Shown here: positions 24,301 to 35,136 of the stretch, one piece after another
Layout: each line of letters opens with the position of its first letter
Position numbering within the stretch: the stretch's first letter is position 1
NCBI GenBank assembly: GCA_020891255.1
Contig: BQFW01000008.1
Span: 3,231,401-3,295,400 of the forward strand
Source: Entomortierella parvispora E1425
Lineage: Eukaryota; Fungi; Mortierellomycota
Direction: 5' to 3'
Length of the DNA stretch: 64,000 nt
The notes under the pieces: generated by a model
Databases searched by the model: none
What the model saw: the letters and a program-made list of their open reading frames with translations, nothing else
What the model was told of the DNA's origin: nothing
Program-made: the position numbers and the translations under genes

Positions 24301-24552
24301 GTTCCGTTGCTCTCTTGGCCCGGGGGCTAAACCACTGGACTTGAGCAAGCTCAAACCATGGTCCCGCGCCACATTGGAGAGCACTCATAGCAGAAGTTTG
24401 TGTCCACGGCATGAGAGGTCCCAGCGCGTTCCTGGACAGGTCGGAGTATCAAAGCGACGCGAAAGGTCTGTAAGAGCGGAGCCACACGCAGGACGCTCTA
24501 TGGATCGTACTCGGCACTTGCCGGCTATCCTACTGCAAGAAGTGTTACAAGG
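24301..24552 (+). ncRNA. Candidate structured non-coding RNA, family unassigned
   Basis: Intergenic with no credible ORF. Several nested stems visible by eye (see findings); G-U pairs favour the + strand. ANANNA-type hexamer after the first hairpin, ACA near the 3' end, T-tract downstream. No known family recognised. Confidence 0.3.
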
Positions 24553-24978
24553 GTTGATGCCTCTGATCGGGGTCGTAGAAAAAGAGAAAAATCTTGATTC
24601 ATGATCTCCAGTATTTCGAAGGGGGGGTTTTTTTTTTTTTTTTTTTTTTTTGGTGGCGTATTTTCTCACATGAAGGCTACATGGCAGTAAATGGTCAAAG
24701 GCCGTTGCCGGGTGTGGTTCGTCCTCAAAAGATTCAATTCTGGGTAATACCGGGGGGTGTCCTCAACAAAAGGGGCCAAGTCGACGTGTCAACAGCGATG
24801 CAATTCCTGCACCAAGTGTCGATAGACGATCAATCAGGTCAGGTATAATATGAAGCTTTATTCTTAGTGTCTGTGTACGCATTAAACGATATAGGCGATG
24901 CGGATGGTGATGATTGTGAGAATAATAGTGAGGATAATAACGAGGGCAATGCTGGGAATGATTACGAATCGACTGTAA

Positions 24979-25618
24979 TCAAATCAAGCACAGGGCAAAC
25001 AGGCACGAGCCAAAAGTCACAAGCAGAGCAGGCAACGCCGACGAGGCGGCATTCTTGGTATCTGCTCGCTTGTGAAGAGTTGATGGGCCAGATTCCTCAG
25101 TCTTGTGGGAAGACCTGCTAGGGCCACCAGCACAGCTGATCGTGAACTTTTCGGACTCGAAGGTGGGGGGAGCGCCATCCTTGGACAATTGGATGAAGAA
25201 ATCCTAAAGGGTGGAAATGAATGTCAGACGAGGTGGACTTGAATCATTACGAGTTGCAAAGCCATCGAGCTCGGGAACATATATCAAAAGGCATGGCTGT
25301 TACCTTTCCACACTGGACAATGTCCTTTGGAAGCGTGTACGAGAGTGTGTGGGAGGCATCGAAGTTTGAAGCAATCTCGCTAACAACACCGTCACTGAGG
25401 CAGATGTCCCCGGTCGAACATTTGCCGCCAAGAACCATCAAGCTGACTTTCCATTGTTGGCCTTCATCTTTCTCGGTAGGTGTGAATTCAATATCGTAGG
25501 TATTGCCCTTGGTCCAGACAGACTGGGCGTTTGGATGGACGAAGACGACTGAGCCTGAGACGAGAACCGAGGCTTGAATGGCGAGCAAAAGGGCAAGGAC
25601 GGAAGTAGAGAACTGCAT
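24979..25618 (-). CDS. Secreted, probably GPI-anchored cell-surface protein (Kre9/Knh1-N-like Ser/Thr-rich GPI family)
   Basis: Signal peptide MQFSTSVLALLLAIQASVLVSG; VHPNAQSVWTKGNTYDIEF..W; one intron (25303-25204); C-terminal small-residue plus hydrophobic GPI signal KNAASSALPALLVTFGSCLFALCLI*. Confidence 0.75.
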
Positions 25619-26065
25619 TTTGTGATGGTCTTGCGAGGTCTTGGTAAATTATGAAGTGAGGTAGGGATGATGTTGCTGCTGTAGATGTTGTGGATGTTGT
25701 TGATGAGAGACGAAAAACGACGGGCGGGCATGCCCTTTATATTCACAGGACGGGCACTCTGAGATCGCAATAGATCAAAAAAATATGGAAAGAGGTCGAC
25801 TGGCTGAACAGTCGGAGTCTGTATGCAGTGTTTCGTTGGGTAACGATGAACGTGGGCTAGAGGGAGAGAATGAGCAAAGGACGCGAAGCTGATGGGGGTG
25901 GGGGTAATGGGAAGATGGGAAGAATGGAAGGTCCAAAAAGAAGACGAACCATGCAGCTGTGCCCCTCCGCACACGGACCTCGTACGTCTTTTTTTTTGAG
26001 TACAGCACTCGACAGTCACACGTTCGTTCATGGGAAGTGGTGCATTCGCCCAAGTTTTTATTGTA

Positions 26066-27036
26066 TCAGAGGGCTCCCAGTGAATCTATTTCGACGTCCA
26101 CGTTCGGCGCATCAGGCAACGCCTGAGCCAAATCCAACAACGGATCATCGTCGCTGTTTAGACCTCCTTCGACCTCTGAGGGATCCTCTGCGCAACCGCA
26201 TTGGTACACATTCTCTAGCGTGCTGCAATCAAACTCGGCCTTGCCGAGTCGGATGTTTACGATATTGTGGATGCTGCACGCCCAGTTGGAAAGTGCCGCG
26301 CGCGAAGAAGTCTGCGGCGGGTGGTCCTTCAACATGCGCTGGAAATGATTCGCACTATCGTCGGGAAGAGAAATCGTTCGAGAGAGGGAATTGAACAAGA
26401 ACCAGGAGAAGACAGAACGTTCAAAGTCAGTTCCTTTGTTTGTTGCATGTTCTGTTGGTACGTGCATGCTTGTTCGTTCGGACCAAACTTCGCAAGCACG
26501 GCGAGACATCAACATTACCATTCACCACATGGATACAACCGTGAGAGTAAAAATATCCACTGTTTTACTGCCGCACGTTCATCCGCCTTCGGTTTCTCCG
26601 GGTATCTTGAGGCCATAGTATGCAGCAACTTCCAGGTGGCCCGTCCCAACTCAGCCCTAAAGAACCAACACAAAGACACAATTGGTGCCTACCGTTATTA
26701 GTCTTCCGTCCTTTCCTTTATCTGCAGTAGCAGGAGTACATTGTTGCAGCAGAGTATTGATTCACCAACGATACGTTACTTTGCTGTAGCATTGCCAAGT
26801 TTGGGCATGATAACTCCTCCATCATTAAGAGTCGGGTCCATTAATATAGGATTGTTGGGGGTCCGTTCGTAACCGCTTCCACCAGCACGTTGTAGCTGTT
26901 CTTGTTGTTTGGGGGAAAGGTTGTTTTTGGAATTGAGGAGGTACAGTGATGGGATCGTGATAAGGCCTATGAAACAAATGGCGAGGATCGCAATTGGGGT
27001 ACGAAGCCGAAACAGCCGCGTGAGAGGGTATGACAT
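26066..27036 (-). CDS. ERV2: ER FAD-linked sulfhydryl oxidase, Erv2-like
   Basis: N-terminal signal anchor, then MPKLGNATAK/ELGR..W; HFQRMLKDHPPQTSSRAALSNWACSIHNIVNIRLGKAEFDC; C-terminal CGC motif. Confidence 0.9.
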
Positions 27037-27244
27037 GGCGATGCAGGAGTGAAAAGAAGTCTGTTCACTCAATAGTATGATGTGTTGTGATGAGGTGGAG
27101 AGACGTTGCGGTGTGGCCAATGGACGCAAAAAAAAAAAAAAAAAGATGCATGTCAACAAAGCACGTGACCGTATGGGGGGGGGGTGAGTCCCTTTTTGTT
27201 TGCAATGCCACCATTGTTGTCCAACTAATCACCTTTCTGCAGTC

Positions 27245-27982
27245 ATGGTCCGTTTCAAGAATCGATACCTCCTTTTTGAGATCATCTACGCAGACACGCC
27301 TCTAGGATGGACATCCATCCCTGCTACTGCCTCGTCAGCATTGGGCTCTTCATTGCAGAGCCATCCAGGATCAAATCAAAGCCCTTTTGGTGACACAGGA
27401 AGGAACAATTGCCGACTTCCGCCTCTGGCTAATAAGGATCTTGTCTATGCGATCAAGGACTCTATAGCCGAGAACTTCGGTGACTATGGGGCAGGGATTA
27501 CACAAAGACCCATGACCTGTAAGTGTTTCATCGTCGATGGATTTCCTACAGCAGTAATTTGTATTAACTGAACTGAGGTGATTTTCGTTTTGCCAGTGAA
27601 ATATTTTTCGCCGCATACCAACATTGGCATCCTGAGGATATCAAGGGAGGAGGTTCATATCGTCTGGGGCGCCCTAACCTTCATGAAAGAGTTGAAAGGC
27701 AGGCCTTGCATCATCAAAGTCCTTCATACATCAGGTATTTTTTGAAATCCATTGTAATCGTCACATATTTGCACATCGACTTGGATGTCGTTTAACATTT
27801 TTTTAAAACATGGACATGTAGGTACGATCAAAAAGTGCCAGTTGATGACTATCAAGTACGATCGGGACAGGATCATGTACCTCAGGAATCAGGCTCAGTT
27901 ATTGAAGGACACTCAAACATATACGCAGCTCGGACTCGCGTTCAAAGACTCTGCAGACGAGGTGAACTCGATAGAGATCTGA
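27245..27982 (+). CDS. POP5: RNase P/MRP protein subunit Pop5
   Basis: MVRFKNRYLLFEI; DSIAENFGDYGAG; KYFSPHTNIGILRISR; IIKVLHTSGTIKKCQ; two introns. Confidence 0.93.
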
Positions 27983-28045
27983 GCAAGCAAACGCTCTCCC
28001 TTGTATATAGTGATGGTTGTGTATGGTACATGTATATTAAAAGAT

Positions 28046-28921
28046 CTACAAGCGCTCCAAACCCTTTGAGGTTGCCGAGGTGACCTTGGCAGCAGCAGCA
28101 TCGTCCAGGAACCAAGTGAGTGTGCCCATAGCGGTAGGCTTGACAAGCTGAGCTGGTAAATCACCCTGCGAATCCAGGATCTGATGGAGCATATCCTGCT
28201 TTCCAGCGCCTGCGGCCACGAAGGCAATATGGTGGGCATGGTTCACCACAGGCAAAGTCAAGGTGATCCTGGACGAAGGGGGCTTGGGCGAATCTTCAAT
28301 TGAAGCGCACCAGGCTGTCTTCTCCTCCAAGAGTTCATGTCCAGGGAAGAGCGAGCAGGTGTGACCGTCGGGTCCAACTCCCAGCAGGATCAAGTCGAAA
28401 ACGGGGAAGCGAACGGAATCTTTGGTGGCGAAGACCTTGGCCAGCTGAGAGATGTAATCCTCTGCAGCTTCCGAAGGGTCATTGACGAGGTCTGAGTCGA
28501 TGGTGTAGATTTGTTCACGGGGCAACGTGGGAACATGGTCAAAGAGGTAGGTTTTGGCAAGGAGGTAGTTTGAGTCCTCGTGGTCCAAAGGCACGCAGCG
28601 CTCATCCGCAAAGAAGACGTGCCAGTGTGCCTATAGTTCATGACACATGGGAAATGGGTCAGAAGGATGAGCCAAGAAGATATTAAATAGGTGTCTTATC
28701 GCGTTTGTCGCGCAACAATCTTCCCGTCGCTATCTTACAAAATCAATGGAAGAGTCCTTGGCGAGGTTCGCGAGTTGCTTGGGGAGAGAGCCACCTGAGA
28801 GGGCGATAGTGAACTTGCCGTGGCGCTTGATAGACTCCTTGGAGATCCTGGCAACGTAGTGCGCGAGGCCTTCAGAAAGAGCAGCGACGTCTGGGAAGGT
28901 GATGATCTGAGTAGGCGACAT
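28046..28921 (-). CDS. 6-phosphogluconolactonase (Sol3/PGLS family)
   Basis: FTIALSGGSLPK; WHVFFADERCVPLDHEDSNY; FDLILLGVGPDGHTCSLFP; DSPKPPSSRITLTLPV; one intron. Confidence 0.95.
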
Positions 28922-29429
28922 TTGAGATGGGGAAGTTGTAATGGAGGCAAAGGTGGAGGGAGTTTTTTTTCTTCTCCCACACCCACACCGAGACGTCATT
29001 TTTGTTTCAAGGTGTACCCTTAATTTCACATCTCACAACCATAACTGACAGCGCCCTCCAGCGCCAGATGACAAAAGAAAAAAAAATGACGCAGAGGCCA
29101 CGCCAGATTGGATGCCATTTGACCATTTCGACGAGAGCCACGGGCACACAACTGGCCCAATGCAGTTGCGCCTCCGCCGGTTCGAATGCTGCCTCTTGCT
29201 GGGCCGCAGTCATAACTGCCTGCGCGCGGTATAATCACGTGATCAAATGCTCCATTGATCCACTTCATGGAACGCCACAGAAGCATTTTTTTCCTCTGCT
29301 TAAAAGGAAAGGGCGATCATTGCATCTTTCTTCATCAACACCAACCCAAACATCACCTCCCTATCAGTTTGATTCGGACCACCAACACTCACAACACACT
29401 CACCTCCCCAACACACTTTATCTACCATC

Positions 29430-29947
29430 ATGTCTGGAAACGTCGGCTGGGATGACGAAATCGTCCTCCGCAAGAGATCTGATCACGCCAAGGTCACTCG
29501 TTCTGCCTCCGATATCAATGCTGCCCGTCGTGCTGGCGCTGTCGTCTCGACTGAGCGCAAGGTCGTCACAAACGCTGGACATGTTGGAGATGATTTCCGC
29601 CGTATCGCCAAGGTCGCTGAGACTGATGAGATCATCGCCCCCAAGGTCGTCTCCATGGATGTTGGAAAGGCCATTGCCAAGGCTCGCATGGAACTCAAGA
29701 TGAACCAGAAGGATCTCGGTGTCAAGGTCAACGAGAGACAGACTGTCGTAAGTGCATGACTATTAAACTGTACTGTTGTACATGAGGATCATCAAGTTCA
29801 TAAAGCTAAATTACTATCTCAACTACCAATGCATAGATCAACGATTATGAGGCTGGACGTGCTGTCCCCAACCAGCAGATTCTTGCAAAGTTGGAGCGTG
29901 TCCTCGGTGTCAAGCTTCGCGGCAAGAACATTGGAGAGAAGAAGTAA
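29430..29947 (+). CDS. MBF1: Multiprotein bridging factor 1
   Basis: DINAARRAG; [19 protein letters not shown]; after one intron [33 protein letters not shown]. Confidence 0.95.
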
Positions 29948-30279
29948 ATATGGGAGAATCGACATCTCATCGCACTGGTCCGCTCCTGTTTGCCTGCTAG
30001 AATTTATGGAATAGCAGCTGCGGCACATTTCAAGCGATTCGCACCTCAAAGCACTTTTTAGAATGACAAATCTTGCAGGCAGCCTCTTTTTGTTGGAGAG
30101 TACTGTATTCTCAACGTTCTTGACTTGGCCCTTGCGCTCTGTAAATAAATAATCATATAGACCATACAAACTGAGGAAGGGCAATGGTCTTTTGTGTCCC
30201 AGGCATAAGCCACCAAATGGCCAAAAAGGGCTGACACCTCTGACAGGCGCATCTCTTTCTTGCTTCGACCGTGCTCACC

Positions 30280-33200
30280 ATGACCCCCAGCAGGACGATT
30301 CTGATTCTTGACCATAGTCCTGCAGCGTGCCGAACACCGAGCCATGAGAGCTCCACGGGGACAGGCGATGGTGTGTACCCCGACTTTCACCCTTTGGAAT
30401 GATGCAGACTTCAGGAGATACTGGCCCCCCTACCCCCCACAGGAAGACGCGTTCATTCTAACTGACTGTATTTTAATTGCCAATAGAGGATGACTTTGAA
30501 CTGGATCCTTGCACCATGTGGATGAGCTTTATGGATGCTGCATTGCATTACACACGACTGTCGTTGGAGTTGGCTCCAATCGGAAGAAAAACTCAGGTGC
30601 GGCCTCTGGAGACAAGACGGAGTTTTTGCGCCAACGCATACAATGGAGTCTGACCTGGGAAATGTGTAAACTTCGTTTTCTAGATCTCGGTGCATGCTGC
30701 CCCAGGAGTTACGCCCACAGGCCCCAGTGTCATTATCAACAACTGGACGGCAGAGGAACAAAGCTTGGACCATGTGGCTTCACAGTTGCAGGTGCTTCGA
30801 CAAGCGACAACGGCTGCAGCGGCATCGGCTGAAGACAGTTCCATGGAAGAGGAGCAGCAGCAAGGACATTGGATTGAGCAGGCGTTGCAGGGAGCTATTG
30901 CTCATATCTTGGAAACGTCTCCCATGACATCTGTTCCCACCGCTCCGCTGGCACCACCACCAGCATCGCAGAAAGGAGCAGCAGCACCTATACCCCCTGC
31001 CCCGGTGACTAGCTCTGTGGCGATGGCGGCCAACATTGTGATTGTCCTTGCAGATGAAGATCCTCGAAAGAAAGTGAAGGCAGAATCGCGGGATGTAGCC
31101 ATCAACGGGGGCGGTCGTGTCAATAGTGACCAGCAGGAGGACCAAGAGTCTGCATGGAGTTATGGTGATGGGGATCTCAGGAAGATGCTTTACTCTGTCC
31201 TCCACTCCCTGCGAGATGCTATCAAGAGTACCAAGTATGTAATTTCAGCTGGATCTTGAAGGCTATAATAAGATCGTAGCGCAGTATACTAACCCCTTAC
31301 TCTAACTTTCCAGGGTCCCAAATATCCATGTCGATTTCATCAGGATATCATCTAGTCAGGACTGCAAGAGGCTGGATGTTATTGGGAAAGACGTAAGGGG
31401 CTGTTGATTGTTTTTGACAAGTGCAGGACAAAAGCTCGGTTTTTGAATCGAGGCAGTTCTAACCCGATCTTTCTTGTTGTGCACAGATATCAAGAGTTTG
31501 TACGGCATCGGTATACACTGTCAAGACTGTGGATGATAGATCAACAACGGCTGCTCTCACGAATCACTTTCTTAGTCGAAATAAGGACGTGCACATTCTT
31601 CGCGTCCACAACATGAGTTTAACCAGTCGCACAAAGGACTTGCCGGTCGATGTGCTCTATCGTACAAGCCATATCAAGCCTAGAGTGCCAAAGGCAGAAA
31701 ACTCAGGAAGTGACACGAGTGATCATCGACAAAACTATTTACAGCACAAGTGGACCAATGTTAAGGAGCTGGAGCATGGCATATCATTCACAGAAGAAAC
31801 ACGTAAGGAGCGCGGATGAGATTTGTGTCCTGGACGCCATCACAAATAGATCGAATGCTGACTAGGATATCTCATCTGGTCTGCTAGGGTTACTTCCCAC
31901 AAAGTGCTTCCACCCCGCGGCAATATCTTCGCTGTCCCTGTCTGTCTCCTTCTACGCGGCTGTTTCGAATGGTATGTATTTTGCCATTAGAGAAAACCAC
32001 TGCTTTGGCTGTGTGGCGTGCTTTTCATGCATTTCTAACAAATCGCATCTCATCGTGTAGGCGCAATTCATCTGCTGAATGACGTGAAGTCGCCATATAT
32101 TGCTTCAATGGCGCTTTTGGATCGAGATGGACAGCTTTATATCCACTGTCTAGACCAAAGTGAGGACTCGCAGGAGTTTTCTCTATTTTCGTCTGTACAA
32201 CGGCCCGTGGATGTCTCTCAAAATCATCTGGAGGTTGGTGTTGGCAGGATGATAATAGTATATCGACACTCTCTTTTTTCTTGTTTGATGACTTACTTTG
32301 TTTTACAATGGGAATAGGATTTTGTTAAAGTCATCATTGGTCCGAATGAGATTTCCCCGGGACAGGAAGCCTTTGCCGCGGAAGGAAACAAGCTATCTAC
32401 CATAGTCCCCACCGCCCTCAAGCCGACCTTCAACCAGTCAGAGCCCAGGGGTGTAGATGACGAAAGCCCTAGTTCTTCAAGCGTGAACATGTCGTTAGTC
32501 AACACCACGTCGCGACTTGACCTGGAGACACGTTGGATGGTCCAATGGGAAGGGGAGCGCATTCACCCTATTCTTGTAAGCGGTTATCCTCTCTCGAGGT
32601 GCGACCTCATATTGGATCGGAAATGAACAGAGACTGATCACCATTTTCATTGTAGCCGGCCCATGAGTATCAACTCAAGCAGTTTCGAACCGCGATTTGC
32701 AGAGCCCAGGTGACGGCAGAGGGTCTCACCACCATCCAGTCTGTCCTGGACGCGTTGATATCAGATGCTCGTCCTCTTGCACTCCCTGGCGAGCACAACC
32801 CTCTGCCAGCAGGTGGAAAGATGAACTTGCAGCAGCAACGTTTACGAGAATGCGCACAGGCCGTTGTAGCGGACATATGGATGATAGGACAACGTTTCAA
32901 GACTGTTTCGACTAGTCATTTGGAGGTAAGAAGGGAATATTATATTGTCGCTAGGAGCTGCATAGGGTGGAATTAGAAGGACTCACACCAACTGTATATA
33001 TATAAAACAGGCGGCCAAGCTGATTGCGGGAAAAGTGACACCAAAGGGATTGGACCATCAAGCTGTAAAGAGGACATTGATCCCGCCCAAGCAACGGATG
33101 GCTATGGTTTCTGCTGAAATGGCAGCTAGTCCCAACGTGGGAGGAAGCATGAACGATGGCGGGTTTGGCCGTGGTCGAGGCGGCGCGCGGTCCTCTTTCA

Positions 33201-33781
33201 GCGCAAGAGGCGGTGCCATGGCAGGAGGAGCCGGTGTTGGCCGAGGTCGAGGAGGGCCAGGCGGGTTCCGAGGTGGGCACAGTGGTGGCATGGGTGGAAA
33301 TAGTCCAGTGTTAGGCGACGGTGGCAACTCGGACGGCACGATGGTTGTGACTGGTGAGAACGACATCATGTTGAGTATGACTGGTAAGACGCAGCCCGTT
33401 CCCTACCTGACAACGACTCCACCGACAAGGGACGAAATCGAAGAATCTGAGCAAGAATACCTGTCACAGTTGGGAGAAGATGGATGCTTGTTGAAAGCCT
33501 ACTGGGGCTCGCGAGGCGCTCAGGGGTCTTCTTTGGCGGTGGTGTTGAATTCAATGCATTCGCTCGATACTGTCGCCGGTCCCGTGGATACAGCAGCACC
33601 AAGGCAACCACAGCTGCATCAGCAGCAGCGCCCTGGAGGTCTGAAGAAAGGGAGTATCAAGCGACTCCGACTCCAGGATTTTGCAGGACGGACGCCTGTA
33701 GTTGAGAATGGCGGTCATTCCACCAACAGCAACCAAGTCGGCAGCTTTTCCAATATGTCCTCCCGTGCTGTCGACATGTAA
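30280..33781 (+). CDS. Integrator subunit 13 / Asunder-like VWA protein with RGG-rich C-terminal region; about 9 exons
   Basis: Manual splicing gives MTPSRTILILDHSP..., TMWMSFMDAALHYTRLSLELAP, VIINNWTAEEQSLDHVASQL, and FHPAAISS...NGAIHLL...LLDRDGQLYIHCL. These align by eye, in order, with remembered INTS13 blocks ([63 protein letters not shown]). Confidence 0.65.
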
Positions 33782-35075
33782 AATAAAACCAAACGTGTAC
33801 TTGTACAAAAAAAAACTGGCCCTTGATTGGCAAATTGAGAAACAGATGGACTCGAAACAGATCCCTTTTTGCCCCCATCCCCCTGGAGGCAACCAAGACT
33901 GGAACGTCGCACAAAGATCCGGAGGACGGCGAACATGTGAGTCCCTGTTGAATGTTATTCAACACAAAGGTCAAAGTCTATCCCGACCCGGTGCAACACC
34001 AGCAGCAGCGGCAGCAGCGGCAGAAGTGACCCGAGTCCATCTGCGATTGCATCGATACGATTCTCAAAGTCATATCTGACAGTGCCCTATTTGACACGAT
34101 GGTTCAGCGTTTGACATGAGATATCGGTGTCCATCAGGCATGGATTGACACAGCAGCACACGGGGGGGTTGTGGTTGGTGAGAGATAACGGAGCAGAAGC
34201 AGATGACGCTCGGAGTCTGCAGGATGGATGGGCTAGTGTTTTGTGGAGTGTGGAGTACATGGCAGATGTGGAGCTGCGAGCCTGCAGGACGGGCGAGTGG
34301 GGTAGGTTGACCCAAAGAGCGCGAAAAGAGAGCTTTTTGGGGGAACGAGCTGTCCGTGATTGGTCGCGGCCAAAGGGGAGGAGGAGGATCTTCATCCTCT
34401 CCAACCAGCTGGACAGACAGACCCTCCGTAGAGTTGATTTCCCCCTTAGAGAGGGCGGAGGGACCAGGATCGAAACAATCGATTTCCATGTGAAAGAACA
34501 AAAGGGCAACCCCACCTCCTCTTTCTTGTGCGATGGATTGCACCACCGCCTGCCATTGTGGCCAGAGGCGAGTCGCCTCCCTCCCACGCCTTGTCCGCAC
34601 TCGCCCACAGAGCGACAGAGCGACAGACCGACAGAGAGTCGCTTTTCCCGCCCGGGCGGCAGTCAAGACGAGAGCGAGAGCGAGAAAAGAGACAGGATGA
34701 GAGCCAACAACGCAGGGCTGATCGTGGAGAAAGAAAAGAAACCGTAAAACGAAACGAAACGAAACGAAGCAGACCCAAAAAAAACAGACCATGCTGGGAG
34801 GGGAGGGCCCTTTTTTCAAACCCCACAACTTTGTCCTTCTCTCTGTCTGTCTGTTCTCCTTCTGTGTCTGTCTGTGTCCCTTCCCTCTCTTCTCTTCTCT
34901 CTTTGCTCTCCCCTTCTTTGCATTCATCCTCATTCATCCGATCCATATACTCCTCCTCCTCCTCCTCCTTGTCTGCACACTCATACGCTTACCCCCCCTC
35001 ATCCATTGCTGCATCGAGTCTCGTCCTCTCCGGTCTTTTGCATTTCTCTTCCATACTGAACCGTTCCTTTCTACT

Positions 35076-35078
<3 letters not shown>

Positions 35079-35121
<43 letters not shown>

Positions 35122-35126
35122 CACAC
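35079..35126. repeat. (AC)n microsatellite immediately 5' of the OPI1-like ATG
   Basis: About 18 perfect AC units then TCACAC variants, ending 10 bp before the ATG at 35137. Confidence 0.95.
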
Positions 35127-35136
35127 AACAAGCACC

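Noticed and set aside
24458-24475. GAAAGGTCTGT resembles RNase P RNA CR-I (GGAAGGUCUG), and POP5 is nearby
   Set aside because: No complementary CR-V strand (ACAGACC/T) downstream to form P4; the RNase MRP signature GAAAGUCCCC is also absent.
34070-35130. Several 170-390 aa overlapping ORFs upstream of OPI1
   Set aside because: Low-complexity CT/GA/AC promoter and 5'-UTR sequence. Only the part from ATG 35137 has Opi1 similarity.
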